From a virus (taxonomy: Duplodnaviria; Caudoviricetes): a stretch of 42,886 nt of DNA. The notes beneath the pieces are model-generated. The model was not told the origin of the DNA. It searched no databases and saw only the letters and a list, made by a program, of their open reading frames with translations. The DNA is taken from positions 1 through 42,886 of IMG/VR virus record IMGVR_UViG_3300029985_000074; one strand, 5' to 3'. Each line of letters opens with the position of its first letter. Positions within the stretch are counted from its first letter, which is position 1. A program made the position numbers and the translations under genes. Shown one piece after another: positions 34,187-42,886 of the stretch.

Positions 34187-34958
34187 AACGAGAATTTCAA
34201 AGAAAGAGAAGTCGGAAAAGATTTGGTTGGAAAAATATGGAGTTATTAATCCGTTTGCTAATCCAGAAATAATAACTCAATTACAAGAAACCAAATTTAA
34301 AAAATATGGGAGTAAATATTACAACAATAGAATAAAGGCCAATGCTACATGTATAGAAAAATATGGGGTGAGTCATCCATCACAAATTCCGTCGGCACTA
34401 AAACAAAGAACAAAAACTAGGACTCATAAATTTCTAAATTCAATTTTTAATGGAAATAGATTGGGGAATCTGATTGCACCTCTCTGGACAAGAACTCAGT
34501 TTATAACTGTTCAAGAAGAATATCCGTTTCAATGTATTAAATGTAAAACGGTATTTGATGATAATCTCGAAGATGGGAAGATTCCCAAATGCCCTAAATG
34601 CTTTAAACAGAACAACATATCAAAGATGGAAATAGAATTTTTAGATATATTAAAAATAACCAGTCGACAGAAATATATAACTCCGTTCAAAGTTGATGGT
34701 ATACAGAACAATAAAATATATGAATTTCTAGGTGATTATTGGCACGGTAATCCCAATCGATTTAATCATTCTGACATAAATAAAAAGAATAAAAAATCAT
34801 ATGAGGTTTTATATAATAATACAATTTCTAAATTTAAATCATTGTTTGATAGAGGTTATACTATTTATTATATGTGGGAAGCTGATTATATGCAGTGGAA
34901 GAAAACTAAGAAACTTCCATTCCCACTTAAAATTTTTAATTCAGATAAACTAATATGA
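34167..34958 (+). CDS. Putative homing endonuclease (YGV repeats + Vsr/PD-(D/E)xK-like domain)
   Basis: EKYGVSHPSQ; CxxC..CPKC; FKVDG....IYEFLGDYWHGNP...MWE. Confidence 0.75.
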   Translation: MRNLNPKTRISKKEKSEKIWLEKYGVINPFANPEIITQLQETKFKKYGSKYYNNRIKANATCIEKYGVSHPSQIPSALKQRTKTRTHKFLNSIFNGNRLGNLIAPLWTRTQFITVQEEYPFQCIKCKTVFDDNLEDGKIPKCPKCFKQNNISKMEIEFLDILKITSRQKYITPFKVDGIQNNKIYEFLGDYWHGNPNRFNHSDINKKNKKSYEVLYNNTISKFKSLFDRGYTIYYMWEADYMQWKKTKKLPFPLKIFNSDKLI

Positions 34959-36121
34959 TAGATAACGAACAAATACGATGGCCGGGTAGCGGAAGTCTAA
35001 ATGTAGACTCATTAACCGTATTTGGCTCTTATTCAGGGGATGCTCAATTTCAAAAAGATTGTGCTTCGGCAGCAAAATGGGCGTGTTTTAGACTTGGATA
35101 CCCGACGGTCGATGTAGAATTGCGGGATTCTCAATTATATCCTGCATTTGAAGAATCGTGTAATACTTACAATGCAAAAGTTAATGAGTATAACATGATA
35201 AATAATATGTTAGCCCTTCAAGGACAAAGTAAGTCATCAATGGGAAACTTAGCCGGTAAATTACCAGCCACCACCGGATTGCAACGCCTAACTATACTAG
35301 CAAGAGATTATGGAAGTGAAGCTGGTAGTGGTGGTAATATTGACTGGAAGAAATTTAGAGTTCAGGTAAATGCCGGGCAACAAGATTACGATTTACAAGA
35401 ACTTATAGGAAATGTAGAGAATTGTAATAGAATTGAAATTAAGAAAATATTTCATGATAGACCACCAGCCTTTGCTAGAATATATGATCCGATGTCAATG
35501 ACTGGAATGAGTTATTCTAATGTATTAACAGAGCTAGGATTTGGAGCATACAGTCCAGCGGTGCAATTCTTAATGACTCCTATATTTGAAGACTTACTTC
35601 GTGGCCAAGCAATCCAATTTAACGATTTGGTTAGAAAAAGTGCCTTTTCATTCCAATTAATCAATAATAAACTTCGATTATTTCCAATTCCGACGTTTCA
35701 TTATGATTGTTGGGTAGAATATACGACCGACCAAGATAAACTAGAAAGTGATGCATTAGTCGGAACTGGGTCTGACATAGCAACCGATTTTGCCGATATC
35801 CCATATCAAAACCACAAATACTCAGATATTAATGCGCCGGGGAGACAGTGGATACGAAATTACTTTTTGGCAAACTGTAAAGAAATTCTGGGGAGTATAA
35901 GACAAAAATATCAAACCGTTCCGATTCCTGGTTCTGAAGTTGCTATGGATGGTGCTGAATTGAGAAGTGAAGCTGCCCAAGAAAAAACATTACTAATGGA
36001 CAATCTCAAAGAAATGTTGGAACAAAGTGGTAAATTTGCACAGATGGAGAAAATGGCAGCATTTAACCAACAAATTCAAGATAATTTTAAAAGTGTTCCT
36101 ATGGTAATTTATTCGGGATAA
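34955..36121 (+). CDS. Neck protein (T4 gp13-like)
   Basis: RLGYP.VDVEL...Q...AFEE; GQQDYDL; L.LFP.P; W.R.Y.LA..KE.LG.IR.KY..VPIPG..V..DG..L.SEA..EK..L. Confidence 0.78.
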   Translation: MIDNEQIRWPGSGSLNVDSLTVFGSYSGDAQFQKDCASAAKWACFRLGYPTVDVELRDSQLYPAFEESCNTYNAKVNEYNMINNMLALQGQSKSSMGNLAGKLPATTGLQRLTILARDYGSEAGSGGNIDWKKFRVQVNAGQQDYDLQELIGNVENCNRIEIKKIFHDRPPAFARIYDPMSMTGMSYSNVLTELGFGAYSPAVQFLMTPIFEDLLRGQAIQFNDLVRKSAFSFQLINNKLRLFPIPTFHYDCWVEYTTDQDKLESDALVGTGSDIATDFADIPYQNHKYSDINAPGRQWIRNYFLANCKEILGSIRQKYQTVPIPGSEVAMDGAELRSEAAQEKTLLMDNLKEMLEQSGKFAQMEKMAAFNQQIQDNFKSVPMVIYSG

Positions 36122-37673
36122 TTTCCCATTCAAATTTAATAGTTCCACAGTCCCAAATTCTATCATATCCATTTAATTTCATATTTTCCCATTCCGAAAT
36201 GTCTGGGTTAAATGTTTTCAATTTTTTATGTAACTCCGATTTTCTAAAATTAAATCTATACAACCTTTTAGTATGGTCTTTCATATAGAAATAGTTTGGG
36301 GAGGACGTTGATAGTTTTTTAAATCCTATCTTCTCATATAAATTTCCAACACTCCATCGCCTATCAGCATATGATATAACTCTTTTTGGCATATATAATT
36401 TTACAAAATGAGCGTATAATTTTCCTGCCGCTCCAACCACTGAATAATTCAATTTAGAGCAAAATCTATATAATTCGTAATTATCTTCCAAAGATTTACT
36501 TCCCATACATTTTCTAAGTCCTCCGAATGTCATTGTAGATACCAATTCATTATTATAATATAATCCTAATTTAATATTGCTCAAATCCTTACCCTGAATA
36601 TGATTAATATCAAGAAATACCGAGCACTCTTTACTAGGTATTATCCTAACTTCACATTTTCTAGCATATATTACATTAGTTGATTTGTGTAATAGAGACT
36701 TTAACCTGCTTTTAACAATATCTTTTTTAGAATTCCACTCATCCTCAAATATGTGAATTAACTGAATTCCTTTACATGCACATTCGAGGGTTTTATTTAA
36801 ATGATATTGTTTAGATATACCTCCACTTATTTCACCGTGATAATATAATCCATTAAATTCAATCGCTAAATTTTTAGATGGCATATATATGTCTAACTCT
36901 TTTCCATTTAATACTTTTCTATCGTTTATTACTATATCAATAGATAATGATTTGATGAATTCTTGAATTTCGGACTGTGCCAGTGAAGTTGACGGCGGAT
37001 AACAAGTATAACATCGAGGAATTCTTCCATCTTGTAAATGACTATCAAATTCGTGATTACACAATTTACATTTCCATTTATGTTCTAGTTCAACTCCACA
37101 ATATTCTTCTTTTGTAAAGAGGGGAACTACTTCTTTATATCTATCATCCGTTAAAAATCTCTCATATAATATTTCTAAATTGCGTTTTATAATTACTGGA
37201 GATTGATTTGGATGTTCCGTCCCATATTTCTTTAAATTTGTCTGTTTAATTTGTTCTTTAGTAGACTCCAACTTCAAATTACAATCCACTCCAAAGTGAG
37301 ATAAATAAGTTTCTTTCTTTTTATTTTTAATTTCCTGTGCTTGAGAAATATTCTTAACCCCATACTTTTCCATTGTTGTTTTTTCTTTTGATTGTTGTGC
37401 CGCTCGATTGTGGCAAGTATAAGAACATCTATAAGAAAATCCCTTATTAATATGTATAAATTTACAATCTTTTCCGCAATTAGGGCATATTCCTAAATTC
37501 TTATTGTCTATGTTAATATACCGATATAATTTTTCAGGAAATCTGCTTCCTTTAAAATTAACATTGATGAAATCATAGAATTCTCGATTACTCGATTTTA
37601 TCATTCGACCGAAATTAAATGGATTTTTTTTAATTAAATTGACCAATTCTTCGGGTGTTAATTTCTTACTCAT
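36099..37673 (-). CDS. Hef-like putative homing endonuclease with C-terminal GNAT-like domain
   Basis: KYGVKNISQ repeats; ELDIY.P..NLAIEFNGLYYH; IYARKC...NHIQG...YELYRFC...YADRRWS.G...WDCG. Overlaps the neck gene 3' end by 23 nt. Confidence 0.75.
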   Translation of the reverse strand: MSKKLTPEELVNLIKKNPFNFGRMIKSSNREFYDFINVNFKGSRFPEKLYRYINIDNKNLGICPNCGKDCKFIHINKGFSYRCSYTCHNRAAQQSKEKTTMEKYGVKNISQAQEIKNKKKETYLSHFGVDCNLKLESTKEQIKQTNLKKYGTEHPNQSPVIIKRNLEILYERFLTDDRYKEVVPLFTKEEYCGVELEHKWKCKLCNHEFDSHLQDGRIPRCYTCYPPSTSLAQSEIQEFIKSLSIDIVINDRKVLNGKELDIYMPSKNLAIEFNGLYYHGEISGGISKQYHLNKTLECACKGIQLIHIFEDEWNSKKDIVKSRLKSLLHKSTNVIYARKCEVRIIPSKECSVFLDINHIQGKDLSNIKLGLYYNNELVSTMTFGGLRKCMGSKSLEDNYELYRFCSKLNYSVVGAAGKLYAHFVKLYMPKRVISYADRRWSVGNLYEKIGFKKLSTSSPNYFYMKDHTKRLYRFNFRKSELHKKLKTFNPDISEWENMKLNGYDRIWDCGTIKFEWEIIPNKLP

Positions 37674-37995
37674 GTTTAGTCGTTAATGTTTCGTTTTCTT
37701 TTTTTATTTTTTTAAGAAATGCTTCGGCAAATACAACTCTACAATCACCCATAAGATACAGTTGTTTTTTTCGTTTTTCTACTTCGATAGGATTGGTCGC
37801 TTCAACCGCTTCCTTTAGTTTATCTTTCATATATTCAATATCCTTGAATGAGTTTAAATATTCGATTAGCACGTCATATTTGAGATTTACAGTTAACAAC
37901 TCTTCTGCCCACTCATTCAACTTTAATTTATGTTTGGCACAGTGAGTTTTTAATTTCGTATGTAATTCTTCGGATATTTTCAATGTTTTTATCAT
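37666..37995 (-). CDS. Ribbon-helix-helix-like DNA-binding protein coupled to the endonuclease
   Basis: Likely start MIKTLKISEELHTKLKTHC...L..W.EELL (37995), 3 nt after TACTTATA; stop overlaps the endonuclease ATG. Confidence 0.6.
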   Translation of the reverse strand: MIKTLKISEELHTKLKTHCAKHKLKLNEWAEELLTVNLKYDVLIEYLNSFKDIEYMKDKLKEAVEATNPIEVEKRKKQLYLMGDCRVVFAEAFLKKIKKENETLTTKHE

Positions 37996-38066
37996 ATATA
38001 TAAGTATAATAGAAAAGTAGAAAAGTAGCAACTTATTTTAATTAAATTATTCCTTAATCTCTATCA

Positions 38067-38074
38067 TATTTATA
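38067..38074 (+). promoter_or_regulatory. TATTTATA putative phage promoter motif
   Basis: 4 nt upstream of the ATG at 38079. Confidence 0.55.
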
Positions 38075-38078
38075 TATT

Positions 38079-38240
38079 ATGAATCAATCACGAGAATTTA
38101 CAATTGGAGAGGAACTTTTAGATTTAGCCAAGAAAATTATAAGTTTGGAGTTGAATGACTCCAATTCTAAGATTGCGGTTCAAATATGGAAACTCGGCAA
38201 AGAACTTATAGATTTACAGTATAAACACGAAACAATATGA
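38079..38240 (+). CDS. 53-aa protein paralogous to the C-terminus of the next gene
   Basis: MNQSREFTIGEELLDLAKKI...IWKLGKELIDLQ versus REVQIGNEILKIT...ISELANELIQLH; ATGA overlap. Confidence 0.6.
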   Translation: MNQSREFTIGEELLDLAKKIISLELNDSNSKIAVQIWKLGKELIDLQYKHETI

Positions 38241-38806
38241 ACACACCACTATTTAAAAAAACTGGTAACAATAAATTTCAGTTATTAACTGAAAATACTA
38301 CCACTCAACCTAAAACCAATGAAGTAATTCAACTAAGCAATGGATTAAAAAAGATATTCTGTGAAGAAGGTATAACGGAAGTATCTTATAATAGAGTTCA
38401 AAATATGGGATTTGGCTTCATAAAAGATATACATAGTGCTAAAGCAGTGGCTCTTGAAGAGTCTCGGATATTAGCCGAAGAATTGGGGTATAGTGATGAT
38501 GTTGACAATGCTAAATTTATTAAGGAAGATGGAGAAGTATCTGATTATGATAGAGCCAGTGCTGAAAATCCAACATCTCAGCCAGCACCATCCCCCGAAG
38601 AACTTACAACCGGTAAAAATGCCGGATGGTCAAGTAAATCAGAAGAAAAACGAGAAGTTCAAATTGGTAATGAGATTTTAAAAATTACTTCTAATTATGG
38701 ATTAAAAACTTCCAACCACAGTATACCAGAAGAAACAAGTAAAGCCGGATTTGATAGAATTTCTGAATTAGCAAATGAATTAATTCAACTGCACGGAGCA
38801 AAATAA
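38237..38806 (+). CDS. Hypothetical protein, probable head/internal protein
   Basis: Leader ending QLLTE; IKE site; lies in the neck gene cluster. Confidence 0.6.
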   Translation: MNTPLFKKTGNNKFQLLTENTTTQPKTNEVIQLSNGLKKIFCEEGITEVSYNRVQNMGFGFIKDIHSAKAVALEESRILAEELGYSDDVDNAKFIKEDGEVSDYDRASAENPTSQPAPSPEELTTGKNAGWSSKSEEKREVQIGNEILKITSNYGLKTSNHSIPEETSKAGFDRISELANELIQLHGAK

Positions 38807-38808
38807 TC

Positions 38809-39282
38809 ATGGGAAACGGAAGATACTTCAGTCCAAGAGACCAAAGACTAATACGAAGTCTCAACGATGAATTATTAAACGATATAATCCAGACAGAAGT
38901 CGTGGTCTACAGAATAGCACCGGATAAAACCTCAACTAACATTTATGGTGAAACGTCTGGAAAAAATAAGAAATCCTATTATAAAGGCATAAAGATAAAC
39001 GCATATGTTGATAGAGGGGAACTTACTACGGAACCAAATGATTTCATTGACAAGAAACAAGCCACAGTTTTTAAATTCTTATATCATGAGTTTAAAGGTC
39101 TGGGAGTGTATTTACAGGAAGGCGACATTATAGATTTCAATTCTCGTATACATCAGATTGATAATGTTGCTGGACAGGAACAGTTGTTGGGCGGAATTCC
39201 TGAGAAATCATTTTCAATAATCGTTAACACTCACTATAGCCGCTTGAGTCTAAACGATTTAAATTTTATAGACCAACAATAA
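38809..39282 (+). CDS. Head-closure/neck protein (T4 gp14-like)
   Basis: E...DII...V..Y......TNIYGE...K.Y...I.AYV...F.F.....GD.I.F; position between gp13-like and gp15-like genes. Confidence 0.62.
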   Translation: MGNGRYFSPRDQRLIRSLNDELLNDIIQTEVVVYRIAPDKTSTNIYGETSGKNKKSYYKGIKINAYVDRGELTTEPNDFIDKKQATVFKFLYHEFKGLGVYLQEGDIIDFNSRIHQIDNVAGQEQLLGGIPEKSFSIIVNTHYSRLSLNDLNFIDQQ

Positions 39283-39317
39283 CCTAATAATTGTTGATTT
39301 TATATTGACATATTCTA

Positions 39318-39325
39318 TATTTATA
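39318..39325 (+). promoter_or_regulatory. TATTTATA putative phage promoter motif
   Basis: 9 nt upstream of the ATG at 39335. Confidence 0.5.
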
Positions 39326-39334
39326 TAATATAAT

Positions 39335-40453
39335 ATGTCAACTCCCATAAATCTAAATTCGTTAAACCGAGCCTCGGAAATTAGACGTGACACCGATTCT
39401 CAAAAGAATTTGTCAATATCACTATACGATATTGATGCGACTATATTAAATCACATCGTTGATAATTTAAAACCAGAGGTAACTCAGGCGGGAGTAATTA
39501 AAAAAGCACATTGTTCTTATGGGTCTCCCGAACTCTGGAATGCAATGAAAAAAGACTCCTTCGTTCGTGATTACCAAGGAAAAATTCAACTTCCGGCCAT
39601 TGTTCTTAAACGAACAACGTCAACTGATGATGAGCAATTAATTCATTTTAATCGATATTTAAATGAAACTGTAATCCGAACTTATTCTGAGAAAAATAAA
39701 TATACCAAATTCTCGGCTTTACAAGGAAGAAATGTTCCGGTAAATGAAGTATATAATATAACATTTCCAAGCCATATGATGCTGACATACCATGTGGTAT
39801 TATGGACTGAATATGTAGAACAAATGAATAAATTAGTAGAATTATTTCAGTTCGCCGGTAAAGATTATTGGGGAAATAAAAAAGGATATAAATTTAGGGT
39901 TGATGGTATTTCATTTGGTCACACCGTCGAATTACAGTCAGGCGACGATAGAATGATAAAAACTGAATTTGATTTGAATGTGCATGGATATATTCTACCG
40001 GAAACTATGATTAAACTAGACACCCAAGAGTCAACTTTTAAAAAAGTAATGACCCCCAAGAAAATCATAATGGGACTTGAAGTAGTTGGAACCGATTATA
40101 ATTTTGAGACTAAAGGTTCTAATAAAAGTAAGTGGAAAAATCAACAATATCCAAATAAAGATTTGTCCGAGGTTCTCCCATCTGCTCCAATTTCGGTGGT
40201 TGATGGGACCGCAACTCTTTCGGGAGCAGGTCAAATAGTATCAACTTTAAATAATATAAAAGTAAACGTTCAATCATCAAATACTCCACAAAGCGGAACT
40301 TCAATTCAAAATTATCCGTATCTCAGAATAGTTGGAACTCCGATTGCAATTGATAATCCCGGTCAAGATGGAGATGTGTCGTATGATGACCAATACTTTT
40401 ATATATTCGCAAGTGGACAGTGGAGACGAGTCGCCATTTCAAATTTTTCATAA
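39335..40453 (+). CDS. Tail terminator/sheath-stabilizer protein (T4 gp15-like)
   Basis: DID..I; YGSPE.W; LPAI..KRT; P....TY...WT.Y.EQMN.LVE; F.L...GY.LP; C-terminal G..GD..YD..Y.YI...W.R motif. Confidence 0.65.
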   Translation: MSTPINLNSLNRASEIRRDTDSQKNLSISLYDIDATILNHIVDNLKPEVTQAGVIKKAHCSYGSPELWNAMKKDSFVRDYQGKIQLPAIVLKRTTSTDDEQLIHFNRYLNETVIRTYSEKNKYTKFSALQGRNVPVNEVYNITFPSHMMLTYHVVLWTEYVEQMNKLVELFQFAGKDYWGNKKGYKFRVDGISFGHTVELQSGDDRMIKTEFDLNVHGYILPETMIKLDTQESTFKKVMTPKKIIMGLEVVGTDYNFETKGSNKSKWKNQQYPNKDLSEVLPSAPISVVDGTATLSGAGQIVSTLNNIKVNVQSSNTPQSGTSIQNYPYLRIVGTPIAIDNPGQDGDVSYDDQYFYIFASGQWRRVAISNFS

Positions 40454-40456
40454 TAT

Positions 40457-40930
40457 ATGATTGCAATATTACAACCATCATTATTTTATTATCGCTCATC
40501 ACCGCCGACTTCATCCGCATTAATTCCGGTAATGACTAGCAATACATCTCCAAGTGGAATCGCAAGCAGCACTGCAATTGAGTTTCCGGCATTCGAAGCC
40601 GCTTGGATGGCGTTTGATAACAATAACTCCACCATTTGGGGAACGAGTGCTTGGCCGGGATGGTTAATGTATCAATTTCCATCCGCCAAGACCGCCACTA
40701 GCTATTCCACAACATGTAATGGTGGGGCAACCCTTTCATCTTGGGTATTGGAGGCAACCAACAATACCTCCGGAACATGGACATTATTAGATAGTGAATC
40801 ATTAGTTAACCCAAATGGAACTTGGACATTTTCAAATTCCACTCCTTATTTGTATTATAGACTAACCATAAGTTATCAAAATAATACTGATTTTTTAACT
40901 ATAAACTCATTCCAACTTTATGGATATTAA
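40457..40930 (+). CDS. Discoidin / F5/8 type C-like virion protein
   Basis: AW.AFD.N..T.W...WL.YQF...SW.LEA.N...WT.LD...Y.YYRL.I. Confidence 0.75.
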   Translation: MIAILQPSLFYYRSSPPTSSALIPVMTSNTSPSGIASSTAIEFPAFEAAWMAFDNNNSTIWGTSAWPGWLMYQFPSAKTATSYSTTCNGGATLSSWVLEATNNTSGTWTLLDSESLVNPNGTWTFSNSTPYLYYRLTISYQNNTDFLTINSFQLYGY

Positions 40931-40933
40931 CAT

Positions 40934-41344
40934 ATGAATAATTTATATAAAAAAGCAAAAGATATTTTTATCCAGCGCAGAACTCCAGATGGGAAGTTTG
41001 AGGAACATCCCTTAATAGTCAGTCCAAACTCCGTTATTGCTACGGATGGATGTAATAATCTGATAATGATACCAACTTCAAGTTTCGGAGTTGGTGGGAG
41101 TAGTTATTTTTTAAAAAATCAAACCGTAAATTCGGCTGAGACAATTCATACATATGACTCAATTTTTAACCCCGCAAACCTATTAATCGTAAGTTCCAGT
41201 ATATTTATAATAGAAGCAAGTTCTGATTATTATGTTCTTGGCGATTTAATAAATAGCGGGTCTATGGTCGTTGATGGAACATTAAAAATAGGGGGTTCCT
41301 TATTTAATGCCGGGACAATTGTCGGAACCGGAATTATACAATAA
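40934..41344 (+). CDS. Hypothetical virion-associated protein
   Basis: 136 aa, beta-rich C-terminus, in the structural operon. Confidence 0.6.
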   Translation: MNNLYKKAKDIFIQRRTPDGKFEEHPLIVSPNSVIATDGCNNLIMIPTSSFGVGGSSYFLKNQTVNSAETIHTYDSIFNPANLLIVSSSIFIIEASSDYYVLGDLINSGSMVVDGTLKIGGSLFNAGTIVGTGIIQ

Positions 41345-41350
41345 AACATT

Positions 41351-42886
41351 ATGCCAACATATATAGAAGTAGAAAAAAATCAGTTTAATCAACTCCCAAA
41401 TGCATCAGGAGATGGCACGGTAATATTTGCTGTAAGTTCCAGTGGAATGATAGTATTAAAAGATGTTAATGGAAATAACATAAGCTCAGAAGAAACTTCT
41501 TCATATTCTATAAGTGCCAGCTATTCTCCAAGTCAGACGCCGGACATAACTGATAATACCGACCTACATTATGTAGGAATTAATAATTTAACACCTTCAT
41601 ATTCTCTAGATGTTACTGGAACTACTCAGACCACCAACCTATATCTTAGCGGAGGAGATTATGCCGGTGCGTATATAAAAACAGCAAATTTAAGCAATTA
41701 TTTGACGCTGTTAAGCGGAACACCGGGAGACAGCGGCTCCGGATTTACTGCGGTAGGGGATATTTCAATATCCGCAACCCAGGGCGCAGTTCGATTATTC
41801 AGTAATTCCGACGAAGGAATAACGGTTGCAAATGACTCTGGAATATTGGTTGGAATTAATAATACCAATCCACAATATACATTGGACGTTAGTGGAAGAA
41901 TTGCTAATTCAATTGGGGATTTAATTATTCAGGCTGGAATTGATAATGAAACTCCATGGTTGGGAGTTCCGGCTGATTTATATCTGAATGCGGACTGTGG
42001 TGGCCACGAGGTTTATATTGGGGATGCTGGTAAAATATATTTAGGCGGAGGAGGCACAATGGTAGATTGTAGTCTAGGCAATATTTATAATATCGGTGCT
42101 TACAAGCTTACTGGTGGTGATAGCAACTCGTATGTTGGTTGCAATGGTGGTAATTTTGGTATTGGAATGACTACACCTAATTATACATTAGATGTTACTG
42201 GAGATATTAACTTTGCTGGCAACCTTTATAACGGTGGTTCCATCTATGTTCCGACGAATGCGGTTACGGCATCTTATATTACTTCTAGTAATATAGTTGG
42301 AACCGTGTTAAGTTCTAGCTATTCAGTAACCTCCAGCTATTTAATAGGATATGTTCCACCAACTCTAGTAACAAGCTCCATTAGTTCTAGCTGGGCATCG
42401 TCGAGTATTTCATCGAGCTACTCAGCCACAGCGTCAAATATTAATTTTATTCCTAATTTATCCAATACATCTAGTTATATAACTTCAAGCGGTGTTGTAG
42501 GATTGGTATTAAGTTCCAGCTATTCTATTTCAGCATCATATGTTCCAAATTTATATCCAGTTATAGGATATGTTACAACCTCAAGTTTTAATTCATATAC
42601 GTCAAGTAATGATAGTAAAGTTAATAATTTGATTACTTCTACAAGTTCTTATTTAACTACTTCAAGTATAATTAATAGTTCAATTAGTAGTAGTTGGGCA
42701 AGTAGTTCATTAAGTTCTAGTTATGCATTAAGTTCTAGCGCAGCAACGAGCATTACATTTATTCCCAATTTATCAAATACTGCATCCTATGTCACCGGCA
42801 GCAATTCTTATATTTCAAATATTACAGTTAACAATATTTCATCACCCCATATAACCGACCTAAACATTTCGGCTGCGACGAATATA
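41351..42886 (+). CDS. Tail-fibre-like protein with GIxxxxPxYxLDVxG and Ser-rich repeats (runs off window end)
   Basis: Not in the ORF track; ATG 41351 MPTYIEVEKNQ; GINNLTPSYSLDVTG, GINNTNPQYTLDVSG, GIGMTTPNYTLDVTG; SSISSSWASSS...FIPNLSNT twice. Confidence 0.65.
   Translation, partial: MPTYIEVEKNQFNQLPNASGDGTVIFAVSSSGMIVLKDVNGNNISSEETSSYSISASYSPSQTPDITDNTDLHYVGINNLTPSYSLDVTGTTQTTNLYLSGGDYAGAYIKTANLSNYLTLLSGTPGDSGSGFTAVGDISISATQGAVRLFSNSDEGITVANDSGILVGINNTNPQYTLDVSGRIANSIGDLIIQAGIDNETPWLGVPADLYLNADCGGHEVYIGDAGKIYLGGGGTMVDCSLGNIYNIGAYKLTGGDSNSYVGCNGGNFGIGMTTPNYTLDVTGDINFAGNLYNGGSIYVPTNAVTASYITSSNIVGTVLSSSYSVTSSYLIGYVPPTLVTSSISSSWASSSISSSYSATASNINFIPNLSNTSSYITSSGVVGLVLSSSYSISASYVPNLYPVIGYVTTSSFNSYTSSNDSKVNNLITSTSSYLTTSSIINSSISSSWASSSLSSSYALSSSAATSITFIPNLSNTASYVTGSNSYISNITVNNISSPHITDLNISAATNI

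Noticed and set aside
1-42886. Stop-codon reassignment as in some large phages
   Set aside because: Conserved genes are full length in the standard code; TAA, TGA and TAG all end genes at sensible positions.
1-42886. tRNA or rRNA genes, suggested by the presence of cca
   Set aside because: No cloverleaf or T-loop/D-loop signature is seen in the short AT-rich intergenic gaps.
41351-42886. Diversity-generating retroelement target
   Set aside because: No reverse transcriptase, and the repeats differ at all bases rather than specifically at adenines.

Overview
AT-rich window from a large, T4-like (myovirus-type) phage genome, read in the standard bacterial code. It covers part of the virion module: a gp26-like baseplate protein (partial), tail tube, tail sheath, gp13/gp14/gp15-like neck and tail-completion proteins, a discoidin-domain protein and a partial tail-fibre-like gene. 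About a quarter of the window is free-standing endonuclease genes or remnants (PD-(D/E)xK/Vsr-like, Hef-like, HNH, NUMOD3, one solo TnpB-like RuvC nuclease). Hsp20, a HAD nucleotidase and a frameshifted SLOG gene are also present. Two signals stand out. (1) Ten unrelated genes in one ~9 kb operon (GNATs, ADP-ribosyltransferase-like proteins, CCA-adding enzyme, 2H phosphoesterase, transglutaminase-like protein) share an N-terminal tag, MIKLKSLL(T)E, resembling the T4 capsid-targeting sequence. Neighbouring multidomain proteins have hydrophobic-x-E sites at their domain junctions. Together these suggest a packaged, protease-matured set of injected effectors. (2) A transposase-less TnpB-like gene is followed immediately by an orphan promoter and 12-codon copy of its neighbour's 5' end, while the neighbour carries a synonymously recoded version. 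This is the layout expected of an RNA-guided homing element. All calls are from motif recognition by eye; no searches were run.
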